Shown piece by piece: positions 1 to 9,629 of a stretch of DNA of 64,000 nucleotides. Position numbers and translations under genes: made by a program. Positions within the stretch are counted from its first letter, which is position 1. Every line of letters begins with the position of its first letter. The notes below the pieces were generated by a model that was not told the DNA's origin, did no database searches, and saw nothing but the letters and a program-made list of their open reading frames with translations. The DNA comes from Candidatus Hydrogenedentota bacterium (GTDB lineage Bacteria; Hydrogenedentota; Hydrogenedentia; Hydrogenedentales; CAITNO01), in NCBI GenBank assembly GCA_903893795.1, contig CAITNO010000156.1, positions 4,557 through 68,556 of the forward strand, given 5' to 3'.

Positions 1-2
1 GC

Positions 3-470
3 GAATTCGGCCAGCGGGCGCTTGGCAACCGCAGCATACTCGCCGATCCCACCCGCGCTGAAATGAAGGATGCGGTAAATGCCTCGGTCAAGTACCGGGA
101 AGGTTTCCGCCCCTTTGCCCCGGCGATCCTCTCAGAACGTCAGCAGGAAGTGCTGGACATTCCGGAAGATGCAACGGCCTATTTCATGGAAAAAGTGTTC
201 CCGATCCGTCCGGAATGGCAGGCACGGGTACCGGCCGTCACGCACTTTGACGGCAGCGGCCGCCCCCAAACGGTCCTTCGGGAAACCAATCCGCGGTTCC
301 ACGCGCTAATCACCGCATTTGAGAAACTGACCGGCGTCCCCCTGGTGTTGAACACCTCCTTCAACGTCAACGGCATGCCCCTGGTGGAGAGTCCCGGCGA
401 TGCGCTCTCCTGCTTCTTTGCCTGCGGCCTCGACGCCCTCATTCTCGGCGATTACCTCGTCGAGAAATAG
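3..470 (+). CDS. Carbamoyltransferase (NodU/CmcH family), C-terminal part; 5'-truncated by the window edge
   Basis: The frame is open from nt 3 with no upstream stop. 'REGFRPFAPAIL' and 'THFDGSGRPQTV' are typical of the carbamoyltransferase C-terminal domain. The ORF track lists it as 63..470. Confidence 0.7.
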   Translation, partial: EFGQRALGNRSILADPTRAEMKDAVNASVKYREGFRPFAPAILSERQQEVLDIPEDATAYFMEKVFPIRPEWQARVPAVTHFDGSGRPQTVLRETNPRFHALITAFEKLTGVPLVLNTSFNVNGMPLVESPGDALSCFFACGLDALILGDYLVEK

Positions 471-521
471 AGTGTAGCGCAAAGTAAACGCGGCATCCTG
501 CCGCGTTTTACGGCGCAGGAA

Positions 522-1403
522 TCACCCGCACCATGAATTGAGAAGTTCCGCCGTTTCTTGCGGCCGTTCCTGCGGAATGAAATGTCCCACGTTGTCGAAA
601 ACCTCCAGCCTTGATCCCGGCGTCTTTTTGTGCTGTTCAAGCACATGCTCCCGCATGTAGCTTGCGCCGCCCGTTACGAGCAAGACGGGCACCTTCAATT
701 CGCCCATGCGGGCGAGGGTGGATTCCGTGTCACCAGCTTCATAGAAATGGGCTTCTATGGCGCCCGGGCATTTGAGGCGTACCGTTCCGTCCGGCATGTC
801 GGCAAATCCATGGGCAAGATAGGCGTCAAAAGATTCGGCGGACCAGGCATTGAAGGGATATTTGCCAGCAAGCCGTTCTCGCACCTCTTCGCGCGAAGAG
901 AATGTTTCCCGTCTGCGGCGTGCGCCTTCGGCGAGGGGACTGACGGCAGGGAAGAACCATTTCTGCGCAATGATGGGATCTATCAGCATCAGTTTGCGGA
1001 ATAGGCCGGGGCGGGAAAGTTGCGCAAGTGTCACGGCAACACCGCCGCCCGAATGGCCCACAGCCAGGGTGCCCTGTTTGAAACCCAACGCATCCGCAAC
1101 GGCGAGCACATCCTTTCCAAAGCACTCCCAGGCGTAGTGATCGGCACCGGTCGGTTTGTCCGAGTCGCCATGTCCGCGCAGGTCCATGGCCAGGATGCGC
1201 GCATTCAGGGAAAGCCGCGCGATGACGGGTTCCAAAACACGACCACAGGTGCCGGCACAATGGCATAGGAGCAGGGGAGGGCCGTCGCCGCCATAATCCC
1301 AGACCCGCAACCGGATACCGGACGCTGCCGTTACGTCAAGGGGCGACGGAATCTCAGATGGCGTCATAAATCTGAACGCGTGACCAGTATCCTGAGAATT
1401 CAC
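522..1403 (-). CDS. Alpha/beta-fold hydrolase
   Basis: A 'GHSGGG' nucleophile elbow and 'LRGHGDS' indicate an alpha/beta-hydrolase fold. The listed start at 1403 is GTG. An ATG at 1367 ('MTPSEIP') would remove the 50-nt overlap with the upstream Dabb gene. Confidence 0.7.
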   Translation of the reverse strand: MNSQDTGHAFRFMTPSEIPSPLDVTAASGIRLRVWDYGGDGPPLLLCHCAGTCGRVLEPVIARLSLNARILAMDLRGHGDSDKPTGADHYAWECFGKDVLAVADALGFKQGTLAVGHSGGGVAVTLAQLSRPGLFRKLMLIDPIIAQKWFFPAVSPLAEGARRRRETFSSREEVRERLAGKYPFNAWSAESFDAYLAHGFADMPDGTVRLKCPGAIEAHFYEAGDTESTLARMGELKVPVLLVTGGASYMREHVLEQHKKTPGSRLEVFDNVGHFIPQERPQETAELLNSWCG

Positions 1404-1653
1404 GAAGGAATTCCAAGTGGAGCGGGTGCTCCTGGTAGATATCGTGACCGCTCATGTCTTCCATGATTACGGTAAGGCCGAAGTCATAGTCGGTTACCAG
1501 TACAGGACGGGACGGAGAGTCGGCCGGCACACCGAGATACATGTCCCGAACCACCGGAATGGCCCGGAGTGATTTCAGTCCGTTCCGGAAGGCCTGGCGC
1601 TTCACTTCATCAATATCATCGCGCAACCAGAAGAAAACACTGTGTACCAGCAT
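1354..1653 (-). CDS. Dabb family stress-responsive A/B-barrel protein
   Basis: A 99-aa protein with 'FWLRDD' and 'HPLHLEF', typical of the Dabb domain. Confidence 0.6.
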   Translation of the reverse strand: MLVHSVFFWLRDDIDEVKRQAFRNGLKSLRAIPVVRDMYLGVPADSPSRPVLVTDYDFGLTVIMEDMSGHDIYQEHPLHLEFLREFSGYWSRVQIYDAI

Positions 1654-1665
1654 GCCTGAAAGCTC

Positions 1666-3198
1666 CTATTTGCCAAAGTGGCGCCGCCGTCCGCTCGTGG
1701 GAATATCCATCTCTTCACGATATTTCGCCACGGTTCGCCGCGCAATTTCAAGGCCGTTGTCCCGCAATCTGTCAGCTATGGCCTGGTCGCTAAGCGGTTT
1801 GCGGGTGTCTTCGGCCTCGATCATCTGCCGTATCTGGGCCTGCACGGCCCGTGAGGACTGCTCCTCACCGCCCGAGGTGGCAAGGCCGGTGGAGAAAAAG
1901 CGCTTCATCTCAATCACCCCCTGCGGGGTTTGGATGAATTTTCCGCTGACGGCGCGCGACATGGTGGACTCATGGGCGCCGACCCTTTCGGCAATGTCCT
2001 TGAGCCTCAGGGGCTTGAGATACATTTCCCCCTTTTCGAGGAATTCCTCCTGGGTCTCGGCGATTACCTCTGCCGCTTTGACCAGGGTTTGCTCGCGGCG
2101 GGTGAGATTCTTCAGCAGCGCTTCGGCGGCCCGGCGTTTGTCTTCCAGAAAAGAACGGACCGTTTTGTCTGCGGACTTATCCAGATAATGGGCATATTCA
2201 TTGTTCAAGCGGACATGAAACTGACGGTCCGAAGCGGGAACGACCTCAAAGCGGGGACCGCCCTGCGCCCGGCGTTCATCAGGGACTTCCTGAATGATTA
2301 CTTCTGGCGTTACGGCCATGCTGGGGCCGGTGGAGAAACGGCGGCCCGGCCGTGGTTCCAGCATGGAGACCCGGTCGGCCAGCGACTCCGCCTCTTTCTC
2401 GGTGATATGCAGAGCACGGGCAATCAGAGGGATCTTGCGGTTGCCCAAGTCTTCCAAATGGGAGGCGACCAGGGTGCGCAATCTGGCATCGCCGGGGAAC
2501 TCTGCGTCGATTTGGAGAAGCAGGCATTCCCGGAGATCGGCTGCGCCGACCCCGCTGGGTTCGAAAGTCTTGACTAGCGCCAGCATGCGCTGCAACCGTT
2601 CCGGTGCAAAGCCGACCTCTGAGGCAAGTGCCAGAAGGTCACCACGGAAATATCCGTCGTCATCCAGGGCAAGAATGACAGTCTCAGCGGCCAACAGGTC
2701 TTCTGGGTCACTGGTGGTGGCGCGCAACTGGCTCAGGAGGTGGGCCTGAAGGCTTTCCTCTCCGGTCACCGAATCCATTCGATATTCCCAAGCGCCAAAA
2801 AGTTCAGGATTTACGCTTAGGTCCCTGCCTTCCCTGTAGCGGTCGTCCGCAGCACCATAAGAGTCTGTGAACTGGTCCCCGAAGTCCCCTTCGGAGGAAC
2901 GGCTCAGAATCTCTCCGTTTCGGGATAAGATATTGGCTTCCACGGCTTCGGCGAAGCTGGCATCGTTGCTGTCTTCCTCAGCCTTGGCAACTGACAGGGG
3001 CATGCCGTCATCGGGAGGCACAAGTTCAAGAAGAGGATTCTGCTCCACCTCGGCGGAGAGGTACTCCTCAAGTTCTATATTGTTCATTTGCAACAGGTTA
3101 AGACCCAGAATCTGCTGCTGGGTCAAAATCAGGCGCTGCTCTTGGCGCTGCACAACTTGATGCTCTAATCTCAACATGTAAAACAACCTTCCGAGCAA
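1666..3198 (-). CDS. rpoN: RNA polymerase sigma-54 factor
   Basis: Gln/Leu-rich region I at the N-terminus ('QQQILGLNLLQMNN'). The C-terminus carries the RpoN box ('ARRTVAKYREEMDIP'). Length is 510 aa. Confidence 0.92.
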   Translation of the reverse strand: MLGRLFYMLRLEHQVVQRQEQRLILTQQQILGLNLLQMNNIELEEYLSAEVEQNPLLELVPPDDGMPLSVAKAEEDSNDASFAEAVEANILSRNGEILSRSSEGDFGDQFTDSYGAADDRYREGRDLSVNPELFGAWEYRMDSVTGEESLQAHLLSQLRATTSDPEDLLAAETVILALDDDGYFRGDLLALASEVGFAPERLQRMLALVKTFEPSGVGAADLRECLLLQIDAEFPGDARLRTLVASHLEDLGNRKIPLIARALHITEKEAESLADRVSMLEPRPGRRFSTGPSMAVTPEVIIQEVPDERRAQGGPRFEVVPASDRQFHVRLNNEYAHYLDKSADKTVRSFLEDKRRAAEALLKNLTRREQTLVKAAEVIAETQEEFLEKGEMYLKPLRLKDIAERVGAHESTMSRAVSGKFIQTPQGVIEMKRFFSTGLATSGGEEQSSRAVQAQIRQMIEAEDTRKPLSDQAIADRLRDNGLEIARRTVAKYREEMDIPTSGRRRHFGK

Positions 3199-3319
3199 TT
3201 ACCGTGCCGTTATATCACGCGACATGGAGAAAATCAACAGTGTGGCCGGGGAACGCGGGCTTTGGTATACTTTTGACGGTGCAGCATAGTCGGAAGCTAC
3301 TCCGTCGGAAGGTAGAATA

Positions 3320-4093
3320 GTGATAAAATTCGCATTATTGGGCAGCGGGAGCAGTGGAAACGCCACCCTGGTTACAGATGGAACCAACGCCTTCCTCATC
3401 GACAATGGACTCAGCCTAAAACGTCTTGAAGAACGCCTTGGGGCCGTGGGTTTATGCCCGTCCGATTTGAAGGGCGTGTTTGTGACACATGAGCACGGCG
3501 ACCACGTACAGGGCCTGGGGGTACTGTCGCGCAAGCACCGCATTCCGGTCTTTCTGACCGAGGGTACACGGCAGTCATTACCGGCCACCTTGGGCCATGT
3601 GGAGAAACTCGAGACGGTAGAGGCTGGGGACACGGTTAAAATCGGAGGGCTGAGCATTACGAGCTTTTCCATCGCCCACGATGCCGCCGACCCTGTCAGT
3701 TATACTGTGACCAACGGGTCAACCAAGCTTGGGTTTGCCACGGATTTCGGGCATACCTCCCACCTGGTGCGCACACGTTTGGCGAATTCCAACGCACTGG
3801 TGATTGAGTCCAACTACTGTCCCCACCTGTTGCGAACGGGTTCCTATCCCCCCAAAATTCAGCAGCGTATAAGTAGCCGCAGCGGTCACCTGTCCAATCA
3901 CGATGCCGCAAAACTGCTCTCGGAACTGGCCCACGACGCGCTGCAACTGGTGGTCTTGGTGCATCTCAGCCGGGAAAACAACCTGCCAGCCCTCGCGTCG
4001 CGTTTGGCGCGGGAAGCCCTGGCCGGTCATCCGGCAGAAGTCGTCGTGGCGCCGCCTGACGGCAGTTCGCGTCTTTTTGAGGTTCAGGGATGA
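3320..4093 (+). CDS. MBL-fold metallo-hydrolase
   Basis: 'HEHGDH' metal-binding motif, with 'LLGSGSSGN' at the N-terminus. Confidence 0.8.
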   Translation: MIKFALLGSGSSGNATLVTDGTNAFLIDNGLSLKRLEERLGAVGLCPSDLKGVFVTHEHGDHVQGLGVLSRKHRIPVFLTEGTRQSLPATLGHVEKLETVEAGDTVKIGGLSITSFSIAHDAADPVSYTVTNGSTKLGFATDFGHTSHLVRTRLANSNALVIESNYCPHLLRTGSYPPKIQQRISSRSGHLSNHDAAKLLSELAHDALQLVVLVHLSRENNLPALASRLAREALAGHPAEVVVAPPDGSSRLFEVQG

Positions 4094-5376
4094 GTTTTGG
4101 CCCCGAGTTCTTTGAGCTTCCTTCGGTGCAGCGCATCATGAAACGCGCGGCACGCAGTGCGGGTGTGCCTTTGAGCGTGCATCTCTATGAGGACAACCAT
4201 GAGGCAGACTTGGTTGTGGGGTGGGACAGTTGCGCGGTCTGCACCCACGTGAACAAGACGGTGGGCGGGCGGAGGGCCTGTCGCAAGTCAAGGCACACAG
4301 GTGCCATGCTGGCGATGAGCGGGGAGGTTCCCAACGCCTATCCCTGTCACATGGGCCTCGGTGTGGTGTCAGTCGCCCCTAGGGCGATTCCGGGCATGGT
4401 GCTAACTTTCGGTCCCTACTGTCCCGCTTCGGACGCGGAGGGTCTGGAAAACTGCGCCCGCACGGGTCTTTTCGTGTTGTTCAAGGAGGTGGTGGAAGAG
4501 CTTCCCTTCTCGCTGGATGATGTTCCGCGTGTTCGGGTGGGTTCGGTGACCTCTGTGGCGGAATGGACCGCCGAGGAACTGAACCGGGAAGCGGAGCGGC
4601 TTGAAACGCCCGCTGCCCAGCCTGAGACCGTCCCCGCAAGGTTGCCTGCCAAACAAAGCATAAAGGCCGAGTCGAGACCCGTTCATGAGGAGGTTGTCGT
4701 TGCACTTTCAGGCGGCTCGCGGGCGCCTTTGCGCGGGTATCTCCGGGGATGCCTGGCTGAGGCGGGAGAGAGGGCCACGGCGGCCCGGCGCAGCGGGGCG
4801 GTGACGGTCGCCCTGTCGCGGTTGCTGGAGCTTTGCCAGATTGCCGGCGCAGACCTTACACTTGCCTGGCCCGCATTTGTCGAGTTCTCGGGTAAAGCTT
4901 TTCTGCATGCCTCAGACCGCGAACTTATAGATGCCGCGGCACGGGTACTGGCGACTGCCGTATGGCCTTCAACGGAAAAGAGAATAGGGCGGAGAAGGGC
5001 GGAGACTGGACTGCAAGAGGGCGATACGGGAAAGAAGCCGGCACCCGTGCGGCTGAATGATGTGGCGTTAAATGCGATTCTCCTCCCTCGAATTTCGGAG
5101 AAGGTTCCCCTTGCGGAGGTGGCCCGGGAGCTCGGCGTTTCGCCCAGTGCCATCACGCACCGTCTGCAACGGCATTTTAATCTGTGCTATTCAGAGTATC
5201 TGGGCAGGCTTCGGGCGGAAAAGGCGAAGGAACTACTCCGAAGAACCCGCCTGGGGGTGGCAGAAGTGGCCGAGCGGGTCGGCATTGGCGACCCCAGCAA
5301 CCTGGGGCGCCTATTCCGCCGGCATGTTGGAATGAGTCCCAAAGAATACCGGACACTGCATGGGAGAAGGTCATGA
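4090..5376 (+). CDS. AraC-family transcriptional regulator with an N-terminal Cys-containing (PocR-like) sensor domain
   Basis: The C-terminal ~100 aa form an AraC double HTH ('GVSPSAITHRLQRHFNL...GMSPKEYR'). The N-terminus has a Cys/His cluster ('CAVCTHVNK...CRKSRH...YPCHMGLG'). The start is an ATGA overlap with the MBL gene. Confidence 0.75.
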   Translation: MSFGPEFFELPSVQRIMKRAARSAGVPLSVHLYEDNHEADLVVGWDSCAVCTHVNKTVGGRRACRKSRHTGAMLAMSGEVPNAYPCHMGLGVVSVAPRAIPGMVLTFGPYCPASDAEGLENCARTGLFVLFKEVVEELPFSLDDVPRVRVGSVTSVAEWTAEELNREAERLETPAAQPETVPARLPAKQSIKAESRPVHEEVVVALSGGSRAPLRGYLRGCLAEAGERATAARRSGAVTVALSRLLELCQIAGADLTLAWPAFVEFSGKAFLHASDRELIDAAARVLATAVWPSTEKRIGRRRAETGLQEGDTGKKPAPVRLNDVALNAILLPRISEKVPLAEVARELGVSPSAITHRLQRHFNLCYSEYLGRLRAEKAKELLRRTRLGVAEVAERVGIGDPSNLGRLFRRHVGMSPKEYRTLHGRRS

Positions 5377-5683
5377 ACATTTCCGGTTGGATGACGGCGT
5401 TGCGGCAATGGTGGCTTCGGTTGCGCTGTCCGACAGAATTTCTATGTGACAACTGCTGTTACGATCATCCCTCGGCCTGTCACCGACCCCAGCGGCCCAA
5501 TGCCGTGCGTTGTCCCGACTACAAACGCAGGACCTAAGCGTTCTTACGTCCGGTGGAACCTGCGGACTTGCGCGCGGGTCTAGTTAAAAGTATTATGAAG
5601 CGTGTTGATTGCGGCGGCAGGCGGATGGCCTGCAACGCACTGCACAGCGGGTATTCAATCACCACACAGGAGAATAGAGAGCC

Positions 5684-7612
5684 ATGACACCACGGACCCG
5701 GTCCCTTTTGATTTTGCTTGTACTGGTGGGGGCTGTGGCAGGCGCCCTATATTACTTCTTTGATTTGGGCAACACGGGCATGGTCCCGATTGTAAAATCG
5801 CCGCCACCTACCGCCAAGAACACCCCCAAGGCACCCGTAGCGGCCGTTGTCCCGCCACCGGTTCAGCTTGCCGCCCCAACAAAACCGCCTTCGACCGACC
5901 CTGGCCCGACGCCCGTGACCCTTGCCAGTCTCAAGCTGATGCCCGAGAAGACACAGGTGGCTTTGGGTCTGCCCCCGCTGAGCGACATGCTGGCCAAGAC
6001 ACTGCCGATCGCCCAAAAGATTTTCAAACAGGATATGAATGTTGAGGAGGAACTGGACGGTTTCGTGCGCGAAATGGCCGGCGAGGCCGGGATTCAGTAC
6101 GATGGCGGCACCACAAACGCGCTCAAGGCGATCGGTGTGGACCCGGACCAGAGCGGTGCCATTTTCCTGAATTTCTCCGCGATTGCCGAAACAGCGGCCA
6201 ATAGCCTGAAAGACCTCACGCCCGGTGGTCCGCCGCCGGTTCCCGAATTCAACCCCAAAGATGTGAAACTCGTGATCACGCTGCCCCTGGTCGATGCTGA
6301 GAAGACCGAGGGACTGCTCACCACCGCCCTCGCTCTGGCTCCCGGGATGGAAGGCCCGAAGACCGAAGACGTTGGCGGAGTCAAGATTAACGTTTATGAC
6401 GGCCCGGTCACGGCCGGCTATTTCATTTCAGACAAGCGCCTTGTCATCGGCACCGATGTGGACATGCTCAAGTCAGCGTTGGCGCACATGACCCAGCCGG
6501 CCACTTTCCGTTACGGCACGGCGGCATGCCCGGCCGGCGATGGCAATGAGTTCGTTGTCATGTCCTATGGGCGCGACTTTATCCCTGTGTTGAAGCAGGT
6601 TATTGCGACAGCCTCCAAGATGCAGCCCGCCGTGGCCTCCATGGCCGAGGCGCAGTTCTCCGTGCTCGAAAAGATGTTTGCCGGCGAGACAGGCGATGAC
6701 CCGATGCTGACGACTATTTCCATCCTTAACGACCGGGTGGAACTGCGTTCGCGCATGGACACGGCCACCCATCCCGGGCTGCTCGATTATGTTGGTTTGG
6801 CCGAACCGCTTCGCCTCGCCCCGATGCTTCCCGATGACACAATGGCCTTCCTCAGCCAGCGCATTAATGACCAGACAAAACGCATCATCAGCGAGTCCGC
6901 CAAGAACGCCCTGCCTGCAGATGTGAAGGACGGCCCCAAGGGGCAGCAGATAGCGACCTATGTGAACCAGGGCATGAGCCTGCTCGGCGATGAAATCACC
7001 CTCGCCATAGGCGGTTTGGGCGACCAGCAGTTCCCCAGCGTGTATCTCATGATTGCCATCAGCAAACCCCCGACAGCCCAGATGCTGCTGGGTCTTTCCG
7101 GGCCCAAGCTCATAGAAACGTACAACGAAGCGGCGATCAACCAGATTACCGCTGTTCCTTCTCCGATTCCGCTTTACACCACTTTTGCCGGGGATGCTCT
7201 GGTCGTTTCCAACAATGTGGCAGGCATGAAAGGCCTTATCGATCGGGCCAAGGCCAAGCAGAATTCCAACATGTTCGCCACCCAGCAGCCGCCGCTTGAC
7301 CCCGCTTCGCCTTATTACATGGCCTTCCTGCTGCGTACTGCTCTGTACAGCGATGTGCTGCGTCCCGTGCTCCAGGCAATGACGCCTCCCGGTACCGTGC
7401 CGGAGCATGTTGATGGCGCGCTGGTGGAACTCAACGCCATCGTCCACGATCTGCGGGTGCTGGCGCAGTTGGATGGCTCCTGGTACGACGCGCGTGTCGT
7501 GCTTTCCCTGGCGCAGGGTGCGCCCGCTGTTGCGGCTGCTGCCGCTGCGGAAGCCACCCCAGCACCGGCGCCAGAAGCTGCGGCCCCGCCTGCGGCGGCC
7601 CCGGGCAAATAG
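5684..7612 (+). CDS. Membrane-anchored hypothetical protein with Pro/Ala-rich linkers (642 aa)
   Basis: N-terminal TM helix ('LLILLVLVGAVAGALYYFF'), a Pro-rich spacer and a PA-rich C-terminal tail. No recognisable catalytic motif. Confidence 0.55.
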   Translation: MTPRTRSLLILLVLVGAVAGALYYFFDLGNTGMVPIVKSPPPTAKNTPKAPVAAVVPPPVQLAAPTKPPSTDPGPTPVTLASLKLMPEKTQVALGLPPLSDMLAKTLPIAQKIFKQDMNVEEELDGFVREMAGEAGIQYDGGTTNALKAIGVDPDQSGAIFLNFSAIAETAANSLKDLTPGGPPPVPEFNPKDVKLVITLPLVDAEKTEGLLTTALALAPGMEGPKTEDVGGVKINVYDGPVTAGYFISDKRLVIGTDVDMLKSALAHMTQPATFRYGTAACPAGDGNEFVVMSYGRDFIPVLKQVIATASKMQPAVASMAEAQFSVLEKMFAGETGDDPMLTTISILNDRVELRSRMDTATHPGLLDYVGLAEPLRLAPMLPDDTMAFLSQRINDQTKRIISESAKNALPADVKDGPKGQQIATYVNQGMSLLGDEITLAIGGLGDQQFPSVYLMIAISKPPTAQMLLGLSGPKLIETYNEAAINQITAVPSPIPLYTTFAGDALVVSNNVAGMKGLIDRAKAKQNSNMFATQQPPLDPASPYYMAFLLRTALYSDVLRPVLQAMTPPGTVPEHVDGALVELNAIVHDLRVLAQLDGSWYDARVVLSLAQGAPAVAAAAAAEATPAPAPEAAAPPAAAPGK

Positions 7613-7676
7613 GTAGGAAAGTCGCCTGAGGGCTGTTCTAGCGGTCCCATGGGAAAGCCATAAGGAGTCTGTTGCT

Positions 7677-8102
7677 ATGAAGAAAATGAGCGTGTCATTT
7701 TGTGCCGGAGCGCTGTTGCTTGCATTCGCCTTGGCGGGTTGCGCCGGGCATAAGGGTCCCAGCGATTCCGAACTGGTGCAGCAGACTCTCGACGCTTGGG
7801 CGAAGACGCTGGTCGCCAAGGACCTTGACAAGTTCATGACCAACTTCTCGGAGAAGTTCTCGTCCAGCCAGGCAGCCGACAAGGCAACGCTTGCCAATTT
7901 TATCAAGGAGGCGATTGAGTCGGGCTATTTGGACGACGCCAAGGTGAGTTTCGAAAATTCCAAGCGGGACATGAAGAACGGCAAGTGCGTGGTTTACCCG
8001 GTAGACCTGTCGGGAGCGGCAGGGTCCGTGGCAGCCGAACTCACCCTCGTGAAAGAAGCGGGAAAATGGTTGGTGGAGGGAATGGAGGTCGACGGGCTGT
8101 AG
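7677..8102 (+). CDS. Small lipoprotein (141 aa), function unknown
   Basis: Signal peptide with lipobox 'LAGC'. Followed by a terminator hairpin. Confidence 0.6.
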   Translation: MKKMSVSFCAGALLLAFALAGCAGHKGPSDSELVQQTLDAWAKTLVAKDLDKFMTNFSEKFSSSQAADKATLANFIKEAIESGYLDDAKVSFENSKRDMKNGKCVVYPVDLSGAAGSVAAELTLVKEAGKWLVEGMEVDGL

Positions 8103-8124
8103 TCAGTCAATGCAGTGGCTAGCG

Positions 8125-8167
8125 CGACGCGGCCCGGAGTTTCCGTGGCCGCGTCGCTTATTTTATG
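8125..8167 (+). terminator. Rho-independent terminator
   Basis: An 11-bp GC stem (gcgacgcggcc / ggccgcgtcgc) followed by ttattttat. Confidence 0.7.
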
Positions 8168-8251
8168 GCGTCCGCTTGAATCAACACCTTCGCCCAACGT
8201 AAATTGCCCCGTGGCCAGGGTTTGTTCCTGGCAGGGACTGGAGTCTTGCAA

Positions 8252-9559
8252 ATGAAAATCACGGTCATCGGCACAGGGTATCAGGGACTTGTCACCGGCA
8301 CCTGTCTGGCGGAGAACGGGCATCAGATTGTCTGCATGGACAGGAATGCCGAGCGCATCGGCCTGCTGCGGCAGGGCGCGCTCCCGATTCATGAGCCTGG
8401 TTTGGAAGAGCTGGTGGTTCGCAATCTCGAGGAAGAGCGGCTTTCTTTCACGACAGACCTGCGGCAGGCTGTGGCCAATTCGGTCATGGTCTTTATCTGC
8501 GTCGGAACGCCCGTGCGTCAGGATGGAGAGGCTGATGTTAGCCGCGTGTTAGAGGTAAGCCGGGAGATCGCTGCGGCGATGTCCGGCTATAGAATCCTGG
8601 TGAACAAGAGCACCTGCCCGCCCGGGACCGCCGAAGAGATGGAGCGCATCCTCCGTGACAACTCCGTGCATCCCTGCGATGTGGTCGTTAATCCTGATTT
8701 CATGAAAGAGGGTTCGGCCGTGGACGATTTCATGCGTCCGGACCGCATCATCATCGGTTGTGAGGACGTGCGGGTCACCGAGATTATGAAAGAACTGTAC
8801 GGACCCTTCCTGCGCACGGGCAAGCCCATTCTGATCATGGGGCGTCGAAGCGCGGAGATGTCCAAGTACGCCACGAACGTTATGCTTGCGGCGCGGATAT
8901 CGATGATGAACCAGATTGCCGATCTCTGCGAGGCCTGGGACTGCGACATTGCCGACGTTCGCGAGGCTGTGGGCGCCGACAGCCGCATCGGTTCCACCTT
9001 CCTCTTTCCCGGTCTTGGTTACGGTGGTGCAGGGTTGCCCCGAGATGTTGCCACCTGCATTCGCATGGCCCATGACAAGGAGGTGCCCTGTGACCTGATC
9101 CAGGGGGTGCAGGAGGTCAATGAACGCCGTCGCGCCCAGTTCATCCAGCGCATTGTTGACTTCTACGGCGGGGGGCTGACGGGGCGTACAATTGCGATGT
9201 GGGGGGCGAGCTTCAAGCCGCGCACGGACGATCTGCGCGGCGCTCCCGCTGTGGAGATCATGGACGGTCTCTGCGCTGCGGGCGCCAAGGTCCGCGTGTA
9301 TGATCCAGTCGCCGGACAGCGCCTGCAGGACCACTATGGCGACACCGTTCAGGTCGTTCCAAAGTATTACGCGGCGCTGGAAGGTGCAGACGGCCTTGTA
9401 ATCACCACCGAGTGGAATGAATTCAGGCGGCCCGACTATGGACGCATGGGTGAGCTTATGCGCGAAAAGGTCATCTTTGACGGGCGCAACCTGTACACAC
9501 CGAAGATCATGAAAGACAATGGCTTCCGCTATTTCAGCATCGGCAGACCCGAGGCGTAA
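8252..9559 (+). CDS. ugd: UDP-glucose 6-dehydrogenase
   Basis: 'MKITVIGTGYQGLVTG' Rossmann motif at the N-terminus. A catalytic Cys sits in 'IGCEDVR', with 'GGGL' further on. Start chosen at the ATG with a GGAG ribosome-binding site; the ORF track begins 48 nt earlier. Confidence 0.85.
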   Translation: MKITVIGTGYQGLVTGTCLAENGHQIVCMDRNAERIGLLRQGALPIHEPGLEELVVRNLEEERLSFTTDLRQAVANSVMVFICVGTPVRQDGEADVSRVLEVSREIAAAMSGYRILVNKSTCPPGTAEEMERILRDNSVHPCDVVVNPDFMKEGSAVDDFMRPDRIIIGCEDVRVTEIMKELYGPFLRTGKPILIMGRRSAEMSKYATNVMLAARISMMNQIADLCEAWDCDIADVREAVGADSRIGSTFLFPGLGYGGAGLPRDVATCIRMAHDKEVPCDLIQGVQEVNERRRAQFIQRIVDFYGGGLTGRTIAMWGASFKPRTDDLRGAPAVEIMDGLCAAGAKVRVYDPVAGQRLQDHYGDTVQVVPKYYAALEGADGLVITTEWNEFRRPDYGRMGELMREKVIFDGRNLYTPKIMKDNGFRYFSIGRPEA

Positions 9560-9629
9560 AGAGACGCGGGGAAGGTGACAAGCCTGGTGCCGCGCCTCGC
9601 AGTTCAGTGGAGAAGGTGTGAGCGTTGGT

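Noticed and set aside
6473-7906. 477-aa minus-strand ORF inside the 642-aa membrane-protein gene
   Set aside because: Antisense shadow ORF. No motifs. The plus-strand gene has a signal/TM region and a sensible context.
8549-9334. 261-aa minus-strand ORF inside ugd
   Set aside because: Antisense shadow of ugd.
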